Positions 1-9,983 of a stretch of DNA of 64,000 bases are shown here, piece by piece. The notes beneath the pieces are model-generated. The model did not search any database and was not told the origin of the DNA. It saw only the letters and a list, made by a program, of their open reading frames with translations. The position numbers and the translations under genes are program-made. This DNA comes from an uncultured Spirochaetota bacterium (GTDB lineage: Bacteria; Spirochaetota; Brevinematia; Brevinematales; JAOACQ01): contig CAWAOD010000009.1 of the NCBI GenBank assembly GCA_963783575.1, forward strand, positions 480,001 through 544,000, written 5' to 3'. Position 1 is the first letter of the stretch, and each line of letters starts with the position of its first letter.

Positions 1-1
1 A

Positions 2-532
2 AGCCTTTATGTAAAACTATTGGCGGAAAAATTAGAACTGGATAAGAATTTTATAGAATATGTCACATATGCTTCACCTCTTCATGATGCCGGGAAAGTA
101 GGAATCCCAGACAGCATTCTTTTTAAGAACGGGCCTCTGAACTCCAGTGAATGGCAGATAATGAAAACTCACACAACTATTGGCGGAAAAATTTTTGAGG
201 GCGCTCAATCCGCAGTATTGAAATTCGCCAGGGAAATCGCTTTAAGCCACCATGAAAAATGGAACGGCGGCGGATATCCTTATGGATTGAAGCAATTCAA
301 TATACCGCTTTCGGGCCGGCTGATGGCAATGGCCGATGTTTATGACGCTTTGCGAAGCAGGAGGCCTTATAAACAAGATATACCGCATAACAAAGCGATT
401 GATATCATTACAAACGGAGATAACCGGGTTAAACCGGAGGATTTCGATCCGAAAATTCTGGAAATATTTATAAAATATTCCAATGTTTTTGAAGAGATTT
501 ATGAAAAACACACCGATTTAATAAATAATTGA
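2..532 (+). CDS. HD-GYP domain c-di-GMP phosphodiesterase, 5'-truncated by the window
   Basis: LHDAGK, HHEKWNGGGYP and DVYDALRSRRPYK motifs; frame is open to the window edge. Confidence 0.9.
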   Translation, partial: SLYVKLLAEKLELDKNFIEYVTYASPLHDAGKVGIPDSILFKNGPLNSSEWQIMKTHTTIGGKIFEGAQSAVLKFAREIALSHHEKWNGGGYPYGLKQFNIPLSGRLMAMADVYDALRSRRPYKQDIPHNKAIDIITNGDNRVKPEDFDPKILEIFIKYSNVFEEIYEKHTDLINN

Positions 533-592
533 CTATTAAACAGATAAATTGTAGAATAGAATACCGATTGAAGCTTTTGTTTCAATAAATAC

Positions 593-664
593 GGGGATGT
601 AGCTCAGCGGGAGAGCATTGCATTCGCATTGCAGGGGTCGGGGGTTCAAATCCCCTCATCTCCA
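593..664 (+). tRNA. tRNA-Ala (anticodon CGC), CCA not encoded
   Basis: Acceptor stem GGGGATG/CATCTCC with G3:U70, D-arm TAGCTCAG..GAGAGC, anticodon arm TTGCA-TTCGCAT-TGCAG, T-loop GGTTCAAATCC. Confidence 0.93.
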
Positions 665-1194
665 GATAAAATTAAATTATTATCCGGATATTTTTCAGTG
701 TAATCCAGAACTTTTTCACAGAGCCTTTTTTGAGTATCAAGCGGATTTTCAATAATCACTTTTGCACCGCCTATAAGGTCAATAATTCCAAGTTCATTTG
801 GAAAGCGCGGGATTATGTGCTGGTGAATATGCTCTATTGATGCGCCGGAAATTCTGCCGACATTATAACCGATATTATATCCGAAAGGCTGATATAAATC
901 ATCTATAAAATTCATGAAAAGTTTTGTTAAAAAAAGTATTTCTTTCTCTTCGTCATCGTTCATTTCCCTTATGTCTTCAAGATGCCTTTTCGGAAACATA
1001 ATTATATGCCCGCTATTATATGGATACAAATTCACAGAGATGAATATATTAGAAGTTTCGGCGATTTTCAGTGAAATAACACGGTTATCCTTTTTGACAA
1101 TCGAGCAAAGAATACAATCAACATCGGGCTTTTTCCCATGAATATAATCTTTTTTACCCGCCGGAAAAACGTATGAATCAAATTTCATACTCAT
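646..1194 (-). CDS. HIT family hydrolase (Ap4A hydrolase/phosphorylase-like)
   Basis: CILC, NLYPYNSGH and the histidine triad HIHQHII. Confidence 0.9.
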   Translation of the reverse strand: MSMKFDSYVFPAGKKDYIHGKKPDVDCILCSIVKKDNRVISLKIAETSNIFISVNLYPYNSGHIIMFPKRHLEDIREMNDDEEKEILFLTKLFMNFIDDLYQPFGYNIGYNVGRISGASIEHIHQHIIPRFPNELGIIDLIGGAKVIIENPLDTQKRLCEKVLDYTEKYPDNNLILSGDEGI

Positions 1195-1228
1195 ACCTCA
1201 ATTAATATTACGTCCCGCAAAATTTTTT

Positions 1229-2861
1229 TTAAAACAAACCGCTGATGTTGCCGCTATCATCGATATCAATGTTCATAGCTGCCGGAGTTTTAGGTAATCC
1301 GGGCATAGTCATTATTTTTCCCGTCTGAATAACTACAAATCCAGCCCCGGCTGATACGCGGGCACTGCTTACATTGATTCTGAAGCCCTTCGGACGGCCG
1401 GTAAGTTTGGGATTATCCGATAAAGAAGACTGAGTTTTTGCCATACAGACCGGGAGATTGCCGTAACCCAGGTTTTCGATCCTTTCAATCTGGTTCCTGG
1501 CTTCGGATGAATATTCAACACCGTCAGCGCCGTAAATTTCACTGGCAATGGTTTCTATTTTCTGCCTGATACTTTGGTTTAATTCATATAAAAACTTAAA
1601 ATCTTCTTTATTTGAAGAATTATCCGGGGATGTGATCGTGCATATCCTTTCAGCCAGCTCAAGGCCGCCTTCTCCGCCTTTTTCACGGAAATCGGTGATC
1701 ATCGCTTCAACACCGGCATCTTCACATTTTGATAGAATGTTTTTCAGTTCATCCAGGTTGTCGTCCTCGAATTTATTGATTGAAATTACAACAGGGATAT
1801 TGAATTTTCGAATGTTTTCGACATGCTTGAGGATATTTTCCATCCCATGGAGTACATCAGCCCTTCTAGTAACAACCAGTACGGCGGCGGCCGGATGAAG
1901 ATTCCCCAACCTGCATTTAATATCAAAAAATTTCTCAGCTCCAAGATCGGCACCGAATCCGGCTTCTGTTACCGTATAGTCCGACAGCTTCATAGCCATT
2001 CTTGTCGCTATTATGGTGTTACAGCCATGCGCAATATTGGCAAAAGGCCCGCCGTGGACAAAGACAGGTGTTCCTTCAATCGTCTGGACAAGATTAGGGT
2101 GTACCGCATTTTTTAACAGGGCGGCCATGGCCCCCTGTACGCCAAGATCGCCGGTAAAAACCGGTTTTTTTAAATAATCGTAGCCTACAATGATCTTCCC
2201 AATCTTTTCCTTCAGTTCTTTCAGATTATTGGAAAGGCAGAGAATTGCCATGATTTCTGATGATGCGGTAATATCAAATCCGTCCTCCCTCATTACGCCA
2301 TTCTGGCCTCGTTCGTCAAGACCGACCAGGATGCTTCGGAGAGACCTGTCGTTCATGTCTATGGCCCGCCTCCAGATAACCTGCCGCGGATTCATTTCGG
2401 GAAGGTTTTTCTGGTGCAGATGGTTGTCTATTATTGATGAAAGAAGATTATGAGCTGTTGTTACGGCATGTAGATCGCCGGTAAAATGAAGATTAATTTC
2501 CTCCATCGGTAAAACCTGCGAATAACCTCCGCCGGCCGCGCCGCCTTTTACACCCATGCATCGGGCCCAGTGAGGGTTCCCGTATGGCAATCATCGCTTT
2601 TTTGCCGATTTTAGACAGCGCCTGTCCAAGGCCTATGGTATTTGTGGTTTTGCCTTCTCCCATTGAAGTCGGTGTCATAGCAGTAACAAGTATTAATTTA
2701 GCATCCGGCTTATCGTAGTAACACTCAAGCATTGTGTTCGGAACTTTTGCTATGTATTTCCCATAATGGATCAGGTCGTTTTCCATCAGTCCGAGCTGTT
2801 CTGCAATCTCACCGATAGGCCGCATTTTTGATTTTTGAGCAATCTCAATATCAGGTATCAT
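1229..2861 (-). pseudogene. fhs: Formate-tetrahydrofolate ligase split by a +1 frameshift near 2561 (real lesion or sequencing error)
   Basis: TPTSMGEGKTT and REPSLGP in ORF 2493-2861; GVKGGAAGGGYSQV, HGGPFANIAHGCN and TMPGLP in ORF 1229-2590; removing one base from CCG-A-TGC-ATG restores LGPCMGVKGG. Confidence 0.93.
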
Positions 2862-2873
2862 AATTTCCGCCCT

Positions 2874-4046
2874 TTACTTTAATATTGGGATGCCGAAGCT
2901 GCCCAGAATCCCGATGAGATTTTCCCTGCTCAGCACATGCTGGTTGTAAAAATCCAGGATCTGCTTCATATTGAATTCCAAGCCGAAACCGGGAGGTGTT
3001 GATGCCGGATTCTCAATGTCATTTATAATCGTTATCTCATCTTTATTTACATTTTCGATTTTAATAAGCCGGTTGATTATTTTGTCGATATCAAGCGCAT
3101 CTATGGAAATTTTATTCTCAGCGGCATTCTGTGTCCCAATCAATGCCATTGTATCGCTGTTTACGGAAATTTTAAAACCGGTACTGAAATCAAGGCCGAG
3201 TTTTTGTTTGAGTGAATCCGTAAAATAACTCAGGGCATTCGAAACAAGAGCTATTTTATATCCCATAATCTTCAGGGTCTGGATCAATTCCATGGTTGCC
3301 GGAGCCGGTATTACGGATTCAATTATTGAATTCAAAACATCTTCAGGAAGTTCATCAAGCTTAGATAAAGTATTATTTATTGAAGTTATCCAATTATCGG
3401 AAAAAACAGATGATATTTCTTTTGTCTTAATGCCGGTTTGTTTTAAAATTTCTTCTATAAAAGGTGATGGAATAAAGCTATGTTTAATGTTGAAGACAAT
3501 TATTCTCTTTTTTTTATTAAAGACATCTTCCGTCTGGAACATTGTGTTTATATTCATCTTATGCATAATATCGCATAGCTCTGTTTTGAGATTTGTCATC
3601 GGTAAAGTGCAGTTGCTCACATCTGTTAGAAGCTCCATTAAAAAAATACCTTCCCTGGCGATATTTTGAGAAAATTCAATATTGATTTTATATTTGCTGA
3701 TTTTTTCGGATATTGCCGCAATGATGCCGGGTTTATCGCTTCCCAGAAGGATCAGGAGCATATTCTTTTTATCAGGTTTCCTCGGTATCGGATAATATTT
3801 ATCAACCTGCAGCCGCAGGTTGGTTTGCATAGAAATTTTTTCTATAAGTCTGGTAAATTCACCTATGTTTATTCCGGAATCCGATAGATCAACGACCAAA
3901 AATATTGTAAAAAGCCCATGCATAACATCCTGTTTCATATCTACAATGTTTCCGTTAATGCCTGAAATCTCTCCTGTAATCTTTCCGATAAGACCCACGG
4001 AATCGGCACCGGTTCCGAAAACAATATACAGTGACTGTTCAGTCAT
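2874..4046 (-). CDS. ACT-ACT-HAD protein of SerB architecture with a degenerate catalytic motif
   Basis: Two ACT repeats (GADSVGLI, GSDKPGII) followed by a HAD-like domain (LKIMGYKIALVS); motif I reads VFNIKHS instead of VFDxDST; RBS GGAGG before ATG 4046. Confidence 0.75.
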   Translation of the reverse strand: MTEQSLYIVFGTGADSVGLIGKITGEISGINGNIVDMKQDVMHGLFTIFLVVDLSDSGINIGEFTRLIEKISMQTNLRLQVDKYYPIPRKPDKKNMLLILLGSDKPGIIAAISEKISKYKINIEFSQNIAREGIFLMELLTDVSNCTLPMTNLKTELCDIMHKMNINTMFQTEDVFNKKKRIIVFNIKHSFIPSPFIEEILKQTGIKTKEISSVFSDNWITSINNTLSKLDELPEDVLNSIIESVIPAPATMELIQTLKIMGYKIALVSNALSYFTDSLKQKLGLDFSTGFKISVNSDTMALIGTQNAAENKISIDALDIDKIINRLIKIENVNKDEITIINDIENPASTPPGFGLEFNMKQILDFYNQHVLSRENLIGILGSFGIPILK

Positions 4047-4125
4047 ATTATACCTCCAATTAAGACAGAATAATTTTAGTGAATGAAAAGAATTTCCGCA
4101 AATAAGTTTGGGTTTACAGGATATT

Positions 4126-5073
4126 TTACCCATTTCTCAATTTTTCAAGAAGTTCCTTAAATTCCTCAGGCAAATTGATTTCAAAAAGCATTGGTTTTTC
4201 CAATACAGGATGAATAAATTCAAGCTTCTTTGCGCAAAGCGCTATGCCTGTGAGGCCATAAGATTTTGCATTTCTGGAATAGACCGGGTCACCGGCTACA
4301 GTATGTCCGATGTGGGAAAAATGAACCCTTATCTGGTGAGTCCTTCCGGTAAGCAGATTAATCTCGATATAACTATGTCCATTCAGGTACTCAATAACCC
4401 TGTATTCTGTAACGGCTGGTTTTCCGCCTGTTGTAACAGCCATCTTTTTCCTGTCGTGTTTTGAGCGCCCGATCGGGGCTTCTATCCTGCCTGACTGGTC
4501 AACTCTGCCCTTTACAATGGCATGGTAGGTTTTTTTTATCCGGCGGGCTTTAAAGTCATCTGCGAGCCCGTGATGAGCCTTATCATTCAATGCTACTACC
4601 ATTAAACCGGCGGTGTCCTTATCAAGTCTGTGCACAATTCCGGGCCTTTCCTCACCGCCGATGGAAGAGAGCCGGGGCTTCCCGAAACCAGTTCCTTCTA
4701 TGCATTTCAGCCTGTAAAGTAATCCGTTAACAAGGGTTTTATCGGGATGCCCTTTTGATGGATGTACGGTAAGACCATAGGGTTTGTTTATGACCGCGAT
4801 ATCATTATCAGAGTAAACGATCTCAAAATCTAAATCCTGGGGAATTAATCCGGCTGGTTCTATTTCGGGTAACTCTAAATGGATTCTATCGCCGATTTTT
4901 ACAACATAGCTTGGTTTTTCAGGCTTTTCATTAACAAAAATGACCAGATTCCTGGCCTTAATCGAGCTTCTAGTCAACTCAATCCCGTTCTTTGAGCAGT
5001 AATCGGCAAAGGCGGAATCAAGCCGCCTGGAATTATTTCCCTGTTCAAAAGTAAAATCAATTTTAACCGGCAT
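4126..5073 (-). CDS. rluD: RluA/RluD family pseudouridine synthase
   Basis: N-terminal S4-like domain, NKPYGLTVHP, HRLDKDTAG, TGRTHQIRVH. Confidence 0.88.
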   Translation of the reverse strand: MPVKIDFTFEQGNNSRRLDSAFADYCSKNGIELTRSSIKARNLVIFVNEKPEKPSYVVKIGDRIHLELPEIEPAGLIPQDLDFEIVYSDNDIAVINKPYGLTVHPSKGHPDKTLVNGLLYRLKCIEGTGFGKPRLSSIGGEERPGIVHRLDKDTAGLMVVALNDKAHHGLADDFKARRIKKTYHAIVKGRVDQSGRIEAPIGRSKHDRKKMAVTTGGKPAVTEYRVIEYLNGHSYIEINLLTGRTHQIRVHFSHIGHTVAGDPVYSRNAKSYGLTGIALCAKKLEFIHPVLEKPMLFEINLPEEFKELLEKLRNG

Positions 5074-5134
5074 TTTGTCTCCTGAACAAGAATGGTAATA
5101 GATATAATAAATATTGTCAAAATTATTAAAGCTA

Positions 5135-5163
5135 TTGACAGATTATAAATTGTATATTACAAT
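5135..5163 (+). promoter_or_regulatory. sigma70 promoter of the marR-hgcAB operon
   Basis: TTGACA (5135-5140), 17 bp spacer, TACAAT (5158-5163). Confidence 0.75.
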
Positions 5164-5179
5164 AGTTGTATTATACAAC
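5150..5179. promoter_or_regulatory. Tandem palindromic operators TTGTA-N3-TACAA (putative MarR sites)
   Basis: TTGTATATTACAA at 5150-5162 overlaps the -10 box; GTTGTATTATACAAC at 5165-5179 covers the predicted +1. Confidence 0.7.
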
Positions 5180-5194
5180 AATTATGGAGAAAGT

Positions 5195-5665
5195 ATGGAT
5201 TTATCATCGGTAAAAATTTTCAGGGGTTATATCCGCATACTTGAGCGTGAAATAGAGGAACAGCTCGGGTCGGAAACCGGCTGTTGCGGTGTTACTTTAT
5301 CTCAATGCCACATCCTTATCGAGCTTGAAAAAAACAGTCAAAATGAAATATCAATAAAGGATTTATCTGAAATCCTTGAACTTGATAAAAGCACCCTGAG
5401 CAGGTCAATAGAAAATATGGTGAATAAAGGATGGGTGAACAGGATCGAAAACAAAAATGACAGGCGGTTTACTTCTCTTCAGTTAACACGGGAAGGCATA
5501 AAAATTGTTGATGGAATAAATGACAGATGCAATGAGTATTACCTTGAATTATTGAATAATATCCCTGAAGAAAAGCTTTCAATGATAACCGGCGGGATTG
5601 AATATCTTGCACAGGCTATGCGCAATATGAGAAAATCAAGTAAAAAAAATAATAGCTGCTGTTAA
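5195..5665 (+). CDS. Cys-rich MarR family transcriptional regulator
   Basis: wHTH LSEILELDKSTLSRSIENMV..DRR..LT..G; GCCG, SQCH and C-terminal CC; RBS GGAG before ATG 5195. Confidence 0.9.
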   Translation: MDLSSVKIFRGYIRILEREIEEQLGSETGCCGVTLSQCHILIELEKNSQNEISIKDLSEILELDKSTLSRSIENMVNKGWVNRIENKNDRRFTSLQLTREGIKIVDGINDRCNEYYLELLNNIPEEKLSMITGGIEYLAQAMRNMRKSSKKNNSCC

Positions 5666-5684
5666 TACCAGTTTATGGAGGTTA

Positions 5685-6758
5685 ATGATGAATAGAGCAA
5701 ATTCCTGCGGATGTGAAACAAATCCGCCTGTATTGGAAAAAGAAAAATGGATGGAAAATATAATCAAAATCAATGATATCAGCATTCCAGTTGTTTCTAC
5801 AAGATTGACTCTTGTAGACATAATTGGCGGATGGATGGTACGCTGGGGCATCCGGAGAAACAATTACAGAATCCGGCCGGGATTATATGCCGTGGGAATA
5901 CCGGACGATAATTCTCCGGTGCTTGCAACTGCAAACTATAAATTGACTTTTGACAAACTGAGAAAGGAATTGGGCGGCTTAAATGTCTGGATACTTGTAC
6001 TTGACACGAAAGGCATTAATGTATGGTGCGCCGCCGGCAAAGGCACTTTCGGGACTAAAGAACTGGTTGAAAGAATAATATCCATTAATTTAAACTCCGT
6101 TGTTTCTCATAAAAAAATAATCCTTCCTCAGCTTGGAGCAGTCGGTGTAGCGGCGCATAAGATAAAGAGCTTCACAAAATTTGAGGTAGTTTATGGCCCG
6201 GTGAGAGCATCAGATATTCGGAAATTCATAGCGGATAACTTTGTCAAAACTTATGAAATGCGCCGGGTTAATTTTTATCTTATCGACAGGCTTGCAGTTA
6301 TAGGTATTGAGTTTGTAACCGGATTGAAATGGCTGGCAGTAATATTATTGCTAATAATAGGCCTTAACGTACTTACAGGCCGATTTACGCTTGATAAAAT
6401 TATTATGGATATTGTTCCGTTTTTTGGCGCTATACTTACGGCCACTGTTTTATTTCCCGCCCTTCTTCCCTGGCTTCCCTTCAGGGCTTTCTCCTTAAAA
6501 GGTTTTATTCTGGGTGGCATTTGGGCAGTTTTTATCACATTTTTTTATAAAATGACTTTTGTTCCCGCCTTAAGTATATTCCTGCTCCTTACCCCAATTA
6601 CATCATTCATAGCGATGAATTTTACCGGAACAAGCACTTTTACCTCGCAGTCTGGAGCTGAGCTTGAAGTAAAAATCGGAACGCCGATTATGATAACTAT
6701 GCTTGCTTTAGGTTTTATATTAAACATTCTTTTGCGTTTTAAAATAATTTCATTATAA
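5685..6758 (+). CDS. hgcA: Mercury methylation corrinoid protein HgcA
   Basis: Cap-helix motif GINVWCAAGKGTF (NVWCAAGK at 6018-6041), TANYKLTFD, LPQLGAVGV, YGPVRASD, C-terminal TM helices with MNFTGTSTFTS. Confidence 0.96.
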   Translation: MMNRANSCGCETNPPVLEKEKWMENIIKINDISIPVVSTRLTLVDIIGGWMVRWGIRRNNYRIRPGLYAVGIPDDNSPVLATANYKLTFDKLRKELGGLNVWILVLDTKGINVWCAAGKGTFGTKELVERIISINLNSVVSHKKIILPQLGAVGVAAHKIKSFTKFEVVYGPVRASDIRKFIADNFVKTYEMRRVNFYLIDRLAVIGIEFVTGLKWLAVILLLIIGLNVLTGRFTLDKIIMDIVPFFGAILTATVLFPALLPWLPFRAFSLKGFILGGIWAVFITFFYKMTFVPALSIFLLLTPITSFIAMNFTGTSTFTSQSGAELEVKIGTPIMITMLALGFILNILLRFKIISL

Positions 6759-6770
6759 AGAGGTCTTATT

Positions 6771-7079
6771 ATGGATTATAAATATCTTATGAACGGCAGG
6801 AGTCTTGTTATTGATGAGGCCAAATGTTTCGGCTGCGGGATGTGCCTGGAGGTCTGTCCGCATAATGTGTTCCTTATGGAGGATGGAAAGGCTTTTATTA
6901 ATAACAGGGATTTTTGCATGGAATGCGGTGCCTGTAAAATGAATTGTCCAGTTGGGGCTATAAATGTTAACGTTGGAGTAGGATGCGCCGCGGCGATAAT
7001 AAATGGGATACTACATAGGACAGTGCCGGATTGCGGATGCTCTTCCGGAGATAAAAAAGAAAATGCCTGCTGCGGATAA
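6771..7079 (+). CDS. hgcB: Mercury methylation ferredoxin HgcB
   Basis: CFGCGMCLEVCP, CMECGACKMNCP, GVGCA and C-terminal CC; directly downstream of hgcA. Confidence 0.96.
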   Translation: MDYKYLMNGRSLVIDEAKCFGCGMCLEVCPHNVFLMEDGKAFINNRDFCMECGACKMNCPVGAINVNVGVGCAAAIINGILHRTVPDCGCSSGDKKENACCG

Positions 7080-7380
7080 AATCCTTATTATTTAATTTGC
7101 ATTTTTATTTTTTTCCATTTAAATTATTTTGAATGAAATTATAATAAAATAATTAATCATATATATTTATAAAATTTTCCGAGCGGAAAAGAAATTAAAA
7201 AATGAAACCCCGGCAAATACATTCATAATTAAAGAAAATCCCTCGAAAAGGTTAAAATTACTCACATCAATTTTGGGGATTTCAAATTTGGCCCATGCGA
7301 GTATGATTTAAGCATAGACGGACTAAGCATAGCTGGATTTCACCGGATTTCTCACTTTAATATAAAAATAAGGATATCAT

Positions 7381-7605
7381 ATGAAACTCAAAGAAAGTCA
7401 TTTCCGTTCCGCCGCTTTTGCAATAGCCGTCTTTCTGATTTTTTACGAGGTAATAAAAACTCAATTCGGTGTTTCCGTTGATCCGAGAATAGAAAAGATA
7501 GCAACTATCGTTCTTTTTATTATTGCGGCAACTCTGTATATATATGGGAGAACATTAAGGAAAAAAGAAGGCAATCCGGATAATAAAAACAATCAGAACG
7601 AATAA
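7381..7605 (+). CDS. Small hypothetical membrane protein (2 TM)
   Basis: Two hydrophobic stretches; AAGGA upstream. Confidence 0.6.
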   Translation: MKLKESHFRSAAFAIAVFLIFYEVIKTQFGVSVDPRIEKIATIVLFIIAATLYIYGRTLRKKEGNPDNKNNQNE

Positions 7606-7633
7606 ATCACTTATTATAAAAGGTTGGAATTGC

Positions 7634-8900
7634 TCATCTATCGGTAATTATACAGTTTCGACCACCGTTTTTTGCTTTATAAAGAAGATTGTCTGCTTTA
7701 TTTATTGAGGATTCCAGATTTTCCATAAGTAAATTGGCAACACCGATCGATATTGTTACACTAATTTCTTTATCTTTGATTTTTATCTTTTCATTTGCAA
7801 TTAGATTTCTTATTCTTTCAAAATATGTGAATGAATTTTCTTTTCTAAGATTAACGGAAATTACACAGAATTCATCACCGCCATACCTGGCCATTATATC
7901 GGATGTTCTTGAATTTGAATTCAGAATCCCGGCTACCCTTTTGATTACAATATCGCCGGTAAAGTGGCCATAAGTGTCATTAATCGTTTTAAAATTGTCA
8001 ATATCAATTATGGAGATGGTTAATTCAATATTCCCTCTTTTCGAATTTTCAAAAAGCTTAACACCAAGGTCAAAAATAGCATGACGGTTATAAAGACCGG
8101 TTAGGGAATCTTTTATTGCGATATTCCGTAATTTACTGATTGTATCTATAAATTCCAAATTCTGATTTATACGCCATTTGAATTCTTCATCTGAAAAAGG
8201 TTTATATATAAAATCATTAGCGCCTTCTTTTAAAAAATTTGTGGATATTAATGAATTTCCGTAAGCTGAAATACCAATTATTGCCAGCTTATCGATCGGG
8301 TGATCCGCGCAGAGGCAGTTTACCAATTCAAATCCATTCATTTCAGGCATATTATAATCGGTAATGACCAATTTAATATCAGGGTTTGTTTTTATTAAAT
8401 CGAGAGCTTCAACGGTAGATTCGGCCTCCAGTACTATCAAACATTGTGTTTTCAATAAACGGGAAATTAATTTTCTGGAAATAAGTGAATCGTCAATTAC
8501 CAATACTTTTGTTTTAATGTTTCGTTCGAGATAACAGATCAATTTGATCAAATGATCATATGCTCCATTCACTTTTTTTATTATATAATCAAAAATATCT
8601 TTTTTCAGAATTCTTTCCCTGATATCATCATTTAAATAGGAAGTTAAAACAATCATTGGAATTTTTTTAGCCTTTAAATAATTTATAATTTCATCTTCTA
8701 TTGTGTCCGGTAAAAACAAATCAATTATGGAAACAATAAATTCAACTTTGCTGTTTTCTAATATATTTTTTGTCTGAAAAATTTCTGCATAATATGCACT
8801 CAATACCAAGCTCATTATTGATTTTATTGATGATATCTTTAGATACATCTATTTCATTTTCAATTATTAATATCTTTTTATTTTCATTAATAATATCCAT
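7634..8900 (-). CDS. Response-regulator diguanylate cyclase (REC-REC-GGDEF); true start 8900 with an apparent frameshift near 8772
   Basis: VLVIDDS, ITDYNMPEMNG, DSLTGLYNR, DIDNFKTINDTYGH, RYGGDEF; another frame from RBS AGGAG + ATG 8900 gives a REC-type start MDIINENKKILIIENE. Confidence 0.88.
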
Positions 8901-9233
8901 AATTTCTCCTGAATTAACGATGCAAGAAAATCTTCAATTTTTAATCATTAATTTTATTCTAACCAGATGAATAATATAAGTCAAAAAAGAACAAAATATC
9001 TAAACCGGATAATATTTTTTTAGAACAAAACAATCTATTTCTTATGTTCTAAAAACCATACTTTGTTTTATTGAAGATCCTCAGCATTCACTTGACAAAT
9101 ATTATAGAGACATTATAATTCTATATTAGGATTTATATATTTATAAAATTATCATTCCTTTCAAATATTTTTGTCTAATAACGTATGGAGCATTATTATT
9201 ACGGCCGCCCCATTTTCAGTAAGGAGATGGATT

Positions 9234-9950
9234 ATGAATTACTTATGTAAAATATTAATTTTAGCAATTGTTATGGCTTCCATTGGAGCCGATGCATACT
9301 GCGAGGTTATCACAAAAAGCGGCACTTTCAATGGAACTTTAGTAAATTACATAATCGTTCTCCCTCAGAATTTCAGCCCAGCCCGCACATATCCGGCAGT
9401 CCTAGCATTTGCAGGCGGTGGCCAGGACATGCCTACGATGAGAGACACCCTGAATAGGAACTGGATCGGCCAATCTCAGAAACGCAATTATCTTGTCTTT
9501 ATGCCTGAAGCCCCTAACGGTGATCTATTTTATGCAAATGGAGATCGGATTTTCCCCGCCTTTCTGGATCAACTTCTTAAGGACTACAAAATCGAAGCCC
9601 GGAAATTTCATGTGGCCGGCCGCTCCAACGGGGGATTGAGTGCCTTTCATATCGCGGCGCTATTTCCAAAATATTTTCTCTCCGTAACAGGTTTCCCGGG
9701 TTTTCTTCTGAATGCCACGGACGCCGACTTCGAAGCTTTAAAATTCTTACCGATCTTTATGTTTGCCGGGGGAAACGACTTAACTTGGCTGTCTATGGAA
9801 AAACAGCAGTACGATCAAATGAAGGCAAAGGGACTACGGGTCAGTCTGGAAATTGAGGAAGGGCAGAATCATGCAATCGAGACTCTTATGGATGACGGTT
9901 CCAAACGTCTTTTTGACCATTTCGATGAAGCGTCCAGACTTTTCAAGTAA
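9234..9950 (+). CDS. Secreted alpha/beta-hydrolase (esterase-like)
   Basis: Signal-peptide-like N-terminus, GRSNGG nucleophile motif, C-terminal His (GQNH); RBS AAGGAG. Confidence 0.75.
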   Translation: MNYLCKILILAIVMASIGADAYCEVITKSGTFNGTLVNYIIVLPQNFSPARTYPAVLAFAGGGQDMPTMRDTLNRNWIGQSQKRNYLVFMPEAPNGDLFYANGDRIFPAFLDQLLKDYKIEARKFHVAGRSNGGLSAFHIAALFPKYFLSVTGFPGFLLNATDADFEALKFLPIFMFAGGNDLTWLSMEKQQYDQMKAKGLRVSLEIEEGQNHAIETLMDDGSKRLFDHFDEASRLFK

Positions 9951-9983
9951 CGCTTATATCTAGTAAATTTGTGAGGTATAAAT

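Noticed and set aside
2540..2580. Programmed ribosomal frameshift in fhs
   Set aside because: No slippery sequence at the site; a single extra base is better explained by mutation or sequencing error
5685..6758. Annotation as CO dehydrogenase/acetyl-CoA synthase gamma subunit
   Set aside because: It has the HgcA cap-helix Cys, a C-terminal TM domain, no N-terminal Fe-S/TIM-barrel region, and hgcB follows
7200..7350. Possible c-di-GMP-I riboswitch after hgcB (GGCAAA, TGAAACCCC/GGGGATTTCA pairing, TAAGCATAG twice)
   Set aside because: The GAAA tetraloop stem and GACGCAAA core are missing; an Infernal search would be needed
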